Virus record (IMG/VR): IMGVR_UViG_3300026488_000010
Strand: one strand, 5' to 3'
From: a virus
DNA: 64,000 nucleotides
Both the position numbers and the translations under genes were made by a program. The notes beneath the pieces were generated by a model that did no database searches, was not told the DNA's origin, and saw only the letters and a list, made by a program, of their open reading frames with translations. Below are positions 58,987 to 64,000 of the stretch, one piece after another; the first letter of the stretch is position 1; every line of letters begins with the position of its first letter.

Positions 58987-60117
58987 TTATTTTCGTAGTT
59001 TTAAATATCTTTGAACAGTTCTATCAATTAAACCAAAAAGTTTATACACTTCACATAAATCATCTTTAGGATCATGATAAGCTTCTTCATAACTTTTATC
59101 AGATACTTCAACATTTATAATTGGGCATTGATAACATACAGTAGCTGAACAGCCTTTACAATGTTCGGGTAATATCAATAATTCTTTATGTTTTTTGTGA
59201 GAAGTCATTACAGACTCAGCAATATTATCAACACTACCAATTATGAATTCTTCTTTTTTATCTACATATAGTGCACCATGACATACTAACATATTACCAT
59301 CTAAATCAATATTTGCAATATTGATTCCAGCTGTACACATTGCTCGATCACCTGTACCAAACCATGTGAATAAAAATTTACCATTTTCTTCAAAGTATTT
59401 AATTTCTCTTTTTGCCAATTCTGTAAAATCTTTTTCTAATTTATCTAATAACTTTTGTTCTATTAAATATTTGTTAGTGTATTCTATAGTAGGTGACCAT
59501 GAGATCCAAGGTAATTCTTTAGATAATTCATAATAATGTTCCCAATGTTTAACAATATTTGGTAACTCTTCAACAGGTAAAGTTCCTTTAATTGAGAAAT
59601 TAATTTCTGGAAAATTCGAACTTAAATATTTAATTGAGGACAATACTCGTTGTTGAGTGCCTTTACCTGAATGGTCCACTCGATACTTATCATGACCAAT
59701 ACCATCATAAGATACTTGAAATGAAAATCTCGAATCATCTATACCATATTCTCGAAATTTATAAATTATTGATGATATAGTTAAAGCATTTAATCCATTA
59801 GTGTAAAAAAAGAAATCAATAGGGTCATTTTTATATGCTTCCAATACTTCAAATATTAATTTTGTATTTAGAGTAGGTTCCCCACCCCAGAAGTCCAATG
59901 TTATTCCATTATATTCTTTTTGGAACTCTGCATCAATGAGCAAATCATTAATTATTTTAATAATATCTAGATCTTGTTTTTTTGTGTTTTGAAGTTCTTC
60001 TCCTTCAAAACAATAAGTACATGCCATATCACATTTCTGAGTAGTTGTGACTTCGAGTGCAAAATATTTTTTTGTAGGCAATGGTCCTGCTTTATTTATC
60101 ATAGGATCATTTATCAT
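58987..60117 (-). CDS. Radical SAM/SPASM maturase
   Basis: CDMACTYC, FWGGEPTLN, VSYDG, SPASM CTAG...CHG...CKGC...CYQCP...C. Confidence 0.9.
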   Translation of the reverse strand: MINDPMINKAGPLPTKKYFALEVTTTQKCDMACTYCFEGEELQNTKKQDLDIIKIINDLLIDAEFQKEYNGITLDFWGGEPTLNTKLIFEVLEAYKNDPIDFFFYTNGLNALTISSIIYKFREYGIDDSRFSFQVSYDGIGHDKYRVDHSGKGTQQRVLSSIKYLSSNFPEINFSIKGTLPVEELPNIVKHWEHYYELSKELPWISWSPTIEYTNKYLIEQKLLDKLEKDFTELAKREIKYFEENGKFLFTWFGTGDRAMCTAGINIANIDLDGNMLVCHGALYVDKKEEFIIGSVDNIAESVMTSHKKHKELLILPEHCKGCSATVCYQCPIINVEVSDKSYEEAYHDPKDDLCEVYKLFGLIDRTVQRYLKLRK

Positions 60118-60377
60118 TATTGTTCACCAAAAATATTAGCTAAAATTGTATCATATGTTTTATCATCTAATTTTGTTTTATCAATTGCTGCATTGTTTGC
60201 AGACACAGTTAATGTTTTAAATGCCTCTGTTGTAAAATTTAAAATATTTTTTGATGTTTGTTCAAACCCGGCAGCCTTAAATAATAAACCGGCCTCTAAT
60301 ACATGTTGTATCGCACCCTGAATCAACTGCTCATGAGTTACTTCTACTTCTTCTACTTCTTCTATCTCATCATTCAT
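60117..60377 (-). CDS. Small acidic hypothetical protein
   Basis: 86 aa, translationally coupled; N-terminal EEV repeats. Confidence 0.55.
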   Translation of the reverse strand: MNDEIEEVEEVEVTHEQLIQGAIQHVLEAGLLFKAAGFEQTSKNILNFTTEAFKTLTVSANNAAIDKTKLDDKTYDTILANIFGEQ

Positions 60378-60913
60378 TATATTTTTCCTCTTAATGTTTC
60401 TTGTATTAAATCTAAAGTGTATTTATCTTGTTTAATTATTATATGTTGTATATCATTAATTTCTAAGAATTGTTTAATCTTATTATCTAATTCTTTCGCT
60501 TCAACAATATCTTGACTTCTACCACCTTCAAAGAATCCATATAATGCTGAACGTTCTAAAAAAATATTTAAATTGTTATATCTATTATATTGTTCAATCA
60601 TAAAATCATTGAATTCAACATGTGCAATATGATTAGCATCACAATAATTTAGTCCCATGACAAATGGTGAATCATGAACTGCTACTTCAACGCAACGATC
60701 CAATCTCTTCATACGACGATGTTGCTCACCTGCAACATGTAACTGATCATTTAATAATTCATATGATTCATCATATATTAACTCTTTAGCATATTCTTGG
60801 GTCATATCAGCATCTATACCTTTCTTTTTTAATAAAGATGTTAACTCCATTGCAAGTGTGGATTTACCAACACCTGGACCGGCAAAGAAATTTATATGTA
60901 ACGCATTTTTCAT
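60377..60913 (-). CDS. P-loop kinase/ATPase (NadR/AAA_28-like)
   Basis: Walker A AGPGVGKST, QEYAKEL, VHDSP. Confidence 0.8.
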   Translation of the reverse strand: MKNALHINFFAGPGVGKSTLAMELTSLLKKKGIDADMTQEYAKELIYDESYELLNDQLHVAGEQHRRMKRLDRCVEVAVHDSPFVMGLNYCDANHIAHVEFNDFMIEQYNRYNNLNIFLERSALYGFFEGGRSQDIVEAKELDNKIKQFLEINDIQHIIIKQDKYTLDLIQETLRGKI

Positions 60914-60937
60914 TATTTATCCTTCTACTATCTTTTA

Positions 60938-61945
60938 CTATCTTTTACTATCTTCTACAAATAGTTTAATTAAATGTGTGCCTGTTTCTTTTAATAGTAA
61001 TTTTAACTCAGCATCAATACCTTTATATATTGTACATAATTCCGAAATTACTCCACCATTTTTTACTTGTTCAAAAATACATCCTTTATGACATGTGTTT
61101 TTAATTTTACACGAATTGCATTGATCTAAATAATCATTTCCAAAATTCTTTTTAAATTTTAAATAAACACTATCATCTCTTAAAAATCTTTCACATGGTA
61201 TTATATCTTTACTCTTTGGAGAAATCGCAAAATATTTAATACCTGCTTGACAATTAGTTTTTTGATACCCAGTATAAGAATATTCAATTATTGGACTAAG
61301 ATATGTTTTAATTAATCCAGGTAATTGATTATAAGTTGTGCATTGCTTGATCATTGGTATCATATAATTAATATAATTTCGAAAATCAATTATAAAATAT
61401 TCTGATTGTAAAGCATTCCATGTACCCATGTCACGGACAAGTGTTACATCAATAGTTAATAATTCTGAATCAAACATCTTTTGAAAACTTTTTTCTAAGT
61501 TTATAAGATAATTACTATGCAATTTAAAATCACCACCAACAACCATACAATGTATTCTAGCATTATGTGATAGATATTCTTTAGCAAAAACTTTTTTTGT
61601 ACCTCTATGAACTTCTTGATTTTCACCATCATGCGATATTGTTATATTTACTTTAGGATTATTTATTATATCAATAACCCTAGAATTATAAATTGTACCA
61701 TTTGATGTTATATTTATTTTTTTACAATTATCAATTTGTAATTTCTTGATGATATATTCAACATCATCCAAATTTAAAAATGGTTCCCCACCAAATATAT
61801 CAAATACAAATTCTTCATGTTTAATTGATAATAATAATTCATCAAAATCTGATAACGATATTTTATTTTTATTATTCACATCAATATCACAATATGTACA
61901 ATTCATATTACACTGCTCAGATAAAACATAATGATACGTCTTCAT
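60938..61945 (-). CDS. Radical SAM/SPASM protein
   Basis: CNMNCTYC, FGGEPFLN, ISHDG, SPASM CQAG...PCERF...CNSCKIKNTCHKGC...C. Confidence 0.9.
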   Translation of the reverse strand: MKTYHYVLSEQCNMNCTYCDIDVNNKNKISLSDFDELLLSIKHEEFVFDIFGGEPFLNLDDVEYIIKKLQIDNCKKINITSNGTIYNSRVIDIINNPKVNITISHDGENQEVHRGTKKVFAKEYLSHNARIHCMVVGGDFKLHSNYLINLEKSFQKMFDSELLTIDVTLVRDMGTWNALQSEYFIIDFRNYINYMIPMIKQCTTYNQLPGLIKTYLSPIIEYSYTGYQKTNCQAGIKYFAISPKSKDIIPCERFLRDDSVYLKFKKNFGNDYLDQCNSCKIKNTCHKGCIFEQVKNGGVISELCTIYKGIDAELKLLLKETGTHLIKLFVEDSKR

Positions 61946-61964
61946 GACTTTCCTTTTACTTATT

Positions 61965-62118
61965 ATTTCTATATTAACTCAAAACGATCTTTAAAGATCG
62001 TTGTATTTCTATGCTAACTTTTCTATCTTTAAAGATCATTTTGTAAACTGTCGATATACTAACGATATACAACACTATCTGAACTATAGATTTTAAAACG
62101 ATCTTTAAAGATCGTTTT
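61965..62118. repeat. Cluster of A and B palindromic repeats
   Basis: A at 61965-61980 and 62005-62020; B at 61983-62002, 62023-62037 and 62094-62119 (perfect 26-bp taaaacgatcttt|aaagatcgtttta). Confidence 0.9.
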
Positions 62119-62141
62119 ATTTGAAATCAAGGACAAGAATA

Positions 62142-62160
62142 TAAGACGCTTAGCGTCTTA
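62142..62160 (-). terminator. Hairpin at the end of the tail-fibre gene
   Basis: taagacgc-tta-gcgtctta, overlapping the stop codon. Confidence 0.55.
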
Positions 62161-64000
62161 TACTTTTACTTCTACTTCGTTACAGAATTCATCTTCTATT
62201 GAATTAGATAATGCAACTCCAACCAAATCCATTCTTTTATCAAGACTTAATTGTTTTAATTGTTTTTTATTTATACCAATAACATAACCTAGATCATCAT
62301 CATCTGGAAATATATAATCACCTTTTGATATAAATTGTTTTGTTTTAACAGGTACTCTTCCAGATAAAGCTATAAAAATATACCCATGATCTTTGAATCC
62401 ATCCCCAAACGATGTTTTATCATTAAGTTCTAAACCTGGGTTTGTACTAACAATACCAGCTAAAGGTAAATCTGGATCATACAACGTAACTTCTTTATCT
62501 CCACCAAGAGATAATAATGTTCCAGGTGCATAATCTAAATCACTTAAATAATTTTCAGCAACATCGCCATAATATGCAGATGTTGCTACACCGTTAAATT
62601 TATCAGCGGTCATTTCATAACCACCAGCATCAACATCACAATTGATATCTAATCGTGTACCATTAATTGTTTGAGACCCTGTACTAGAACCAAGAGTATT
62701 AGCCCCTTTAAGATTAGCGCCACCCTTTGATGTTAGATAACCTGTTAAATTTGTCTCATCAGTAACTGTTAACACACCTGTTACATCTAAATTACCATCA
62801 ACTGTTAAAACATCTGTAACTGTTAAGTTACCGTTTGCTGTATGATTTTGTGTCCCAGTAGTCGCAGCATCACCATATGTTATCTCACCATGCAATTCAA
62901 TGTTTCCATATACCGTTAAATTTTGTGCATCATCAGTTGCACCAATAACAACAGGCCCACCTAATAAATCAGCACCATCATCTTTAACTATGAGTTTTTT
63001 ATCAAATGTACCAGAACCCTTTACAACTAGATTCCCATCATCGGTTGTAATATCACCTTTTTTGGTATATATTGCACCCTCTGTTGTAATATTTAATCCA
63101 CCATTTTTTGTTTGGAATCCAGAATCAACAAAACAATGACCGCTTGATGAATCAATGTCTCCTGTAACTTTTAAATAACCATTTTGTGTTTCAAAATTAC
63201 CAATAGTTGCGAAATATCCAGTTGCGTCTGTATGATAACCTGCAGTACATGATATAGACCCATTTGCTGTTTCAATGTTACCAACAGTTGTTTTAATTAT
63301 ACCGTCGCCTGTTGTGATACTACCAGTATCAGCGCTAAAACCTACAGATGTTGTATGAACTCCTGTACTTGCATTAACGTGTCCGCTATCAATTTCAAGT
63401 GAACCACTAGTGCTATGAATATCCAAAGTACATTCTAATCCACCACTTGCTGTATCAAAGTCACCTGATGTTGCTTTATATCCACCACTGTCAGTGATAT
63501 ACCCAATCTTGACCGTGCTTTTACCTGCGGTGCTCACAAAGTTACCATTAATAGTTAAAGAATTTTCTGTATTAGAACTAGACGTTATTTTAGCAACACC
63601 GTTCTTAACTTCAAAATCTGTCTGTACTGTTAAATCACCTGTACAATAAACCTTCTGATAAAGATTAGAATCACCTAAAACAATAGAAGTCTTTGGAGCA
63701 TCCAAAGATAACATTGTACCATTTAAATAATTATATGATGCGTTATCATCTACAATATAAACCCATGGTCTTTCAGCTAATGTGTTTGCACCTGAATAAC
63801 CAGTTTTAAATCCTGACACACTATCAATTACAGGTGTATAAATAGGACCAGTAAAATATGATAAATATTGTAATCTTTCATTATCTATTTGATCTCTAAT
63901 AAACTGATCATTTCTTTTATAATCTTTTGTTAATGTTCCAATAACATGATAGTTATTAGCGAGCTCTGAAAATGCAAATGATTTTAGATTATCAACATCA
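62158..64000 (-). CDS. Tail fibre/spike with C-terminal peptidase G2-type autocleaving chaperone (5'-partial)
   Basis: Gly/Thr-rich beta repeats; AYYGDVAENY...GIVSTNPG...IALSGRVPVK...VEVKV. The frame stays open from the track's GTG (63819) to the window edge, so the real start lies outside the window. Confidence 0.8.
   Translation of the reverse strand, partial: DVDNLKSFAFSELANNYHVIGTLTKDYKRNDQFIRDQIDNERLQYLSYFTGPIYTPVIDSVSGFKTGYSGANTLAERPWVYIVDDNASYNYLNGTMLSLDAPKTSIVLGDSNLYQKVYCTGDLTVQTDFEVKNGVAKITSSSNTENSLTINGNFVSTAGKSTVKIGYITDSGGYKATSGDFDTASGGLECTLDIHSTSGSLEIDSGHVNASTGVHTTSVGFSADTGSITTGDGIIKTTVGNIETANGSISCTAGYHTDATGYFATIGNFETQNGYLKVTGDIDSSSGHCFVDSGFQTKNGGLNITTEGAIYTKKGDITTDDGNLVVKGSGTFDKKLIVKDDGADLLGGPVVIGATDDAQNLTVYGNIELHGEITYGDAATTGTQNHTANGNLTVTDVLTVDGNLDVTGVLTVTDETNLTGYLTSKGGANLKGANTLGSSTGSQTINGTRLDINCDVDAGGYEMTADKFNGVATSAYYGDVAENYLSDLDYAPGTLLSLGGDKEVTLYDPDLPLAGIVSTNPGLELNDKTSFGDGFKDHGYIFIALSGRVPVKTKQFISKGDYIFPDDDDLGYVIGINKKQLKQLSLDKRMDLVGVALSNSIEDEFCNEVEVKV

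Noticed and set aside
61965-62119. A/B repeat clusters as a mini CRISPR array
   Set aside because: There are no unique spacers of regular length between repeats, the intervening DNA is itself the palindromic B unit, and there are no cas genes in the window.
1689-63139. All plus-strand ORFs in the track (e.g. 6655..6945, 16884..17318, 26453..26881, 28697..29206, 34968..35300, 62900..63139)
   Set aside because: They are antisense shadows of longer, motif-bearing minus-strand genes, with no recognisable motifs.
63817-63819. GTG start of the last fibre gene
   Set aside because: The frame is open to position 64000 with no stop, so the real start lies outside the window.
1-64000. Stop-codon reassignment (alternative genetic code), as seen in some large phages
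   Set aside because: Conserved genes are full length under code 11, and TAA, TAG and TGA all end genes at sensible boundaries.
1-64000. T4-type late promoter TATAAATA, tRNA or rRNA genes
   Set aside because: I saw no consistent TATAAATA upstream of late genes (AACA-N6-TA is found instead) and no cloverleaf or rRNA-like segments; intergenic gaps are short and otherwise explained.

Overview
This is 64 kb of an AT-rich jumbo myophage genome, with essentially every credible gene on the minus strand. (1) 1-40.5 kb is a virion morphogenesis region. It encodes baseplate wedge, hub and neck proteins, tail sheath and tube, a gp21-like prohead protease, the major capsid protein, and several fibre/Ig-like appendages. 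A Hef-like homing endonuclease sits just downstream of the capsid gene. A recurring AACA-N6-TA motif precedes ten genes and matches the AR9/PBS1-type late promoter. A candidate AR9 gp226-like promoter-specificity subunit lies at 10.2-11.4 kb. (2) At 4.8-9.2 kb, inside the structural region, is an operon unusual for a phage: membrane protein, response-regulator receiver, sensor histidine kinase, small periplasmic protein, outer-membrane beta-barrel and a holin-like gene. (3) 41-62 kb is a biosynthetic island. It has 7 intact radical-SAM genes plus one decayed remnant, 2 U32-like Fe-S proteins, nucleotide-sugar enzymes, a split transketolase, glycosyltransferases, kinase-like proteins and an M14 deacylase. 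These surround a fibre-like protein whose (CxCNxx)3-CxC tract ends immediately before an S74 autocleaving chaperone, a candidate RiPP-like modification system for a virion protein. (4) A family of palindromic repeats occurs at module boundaries and inside two CDSs. (5) A likely +1 programmed frameshift extends the tail/hub assembly chaperone. I saw no tRNA, rRNA or CRISPR array. All product calls come from motif recognition by eye; no database searches were run.
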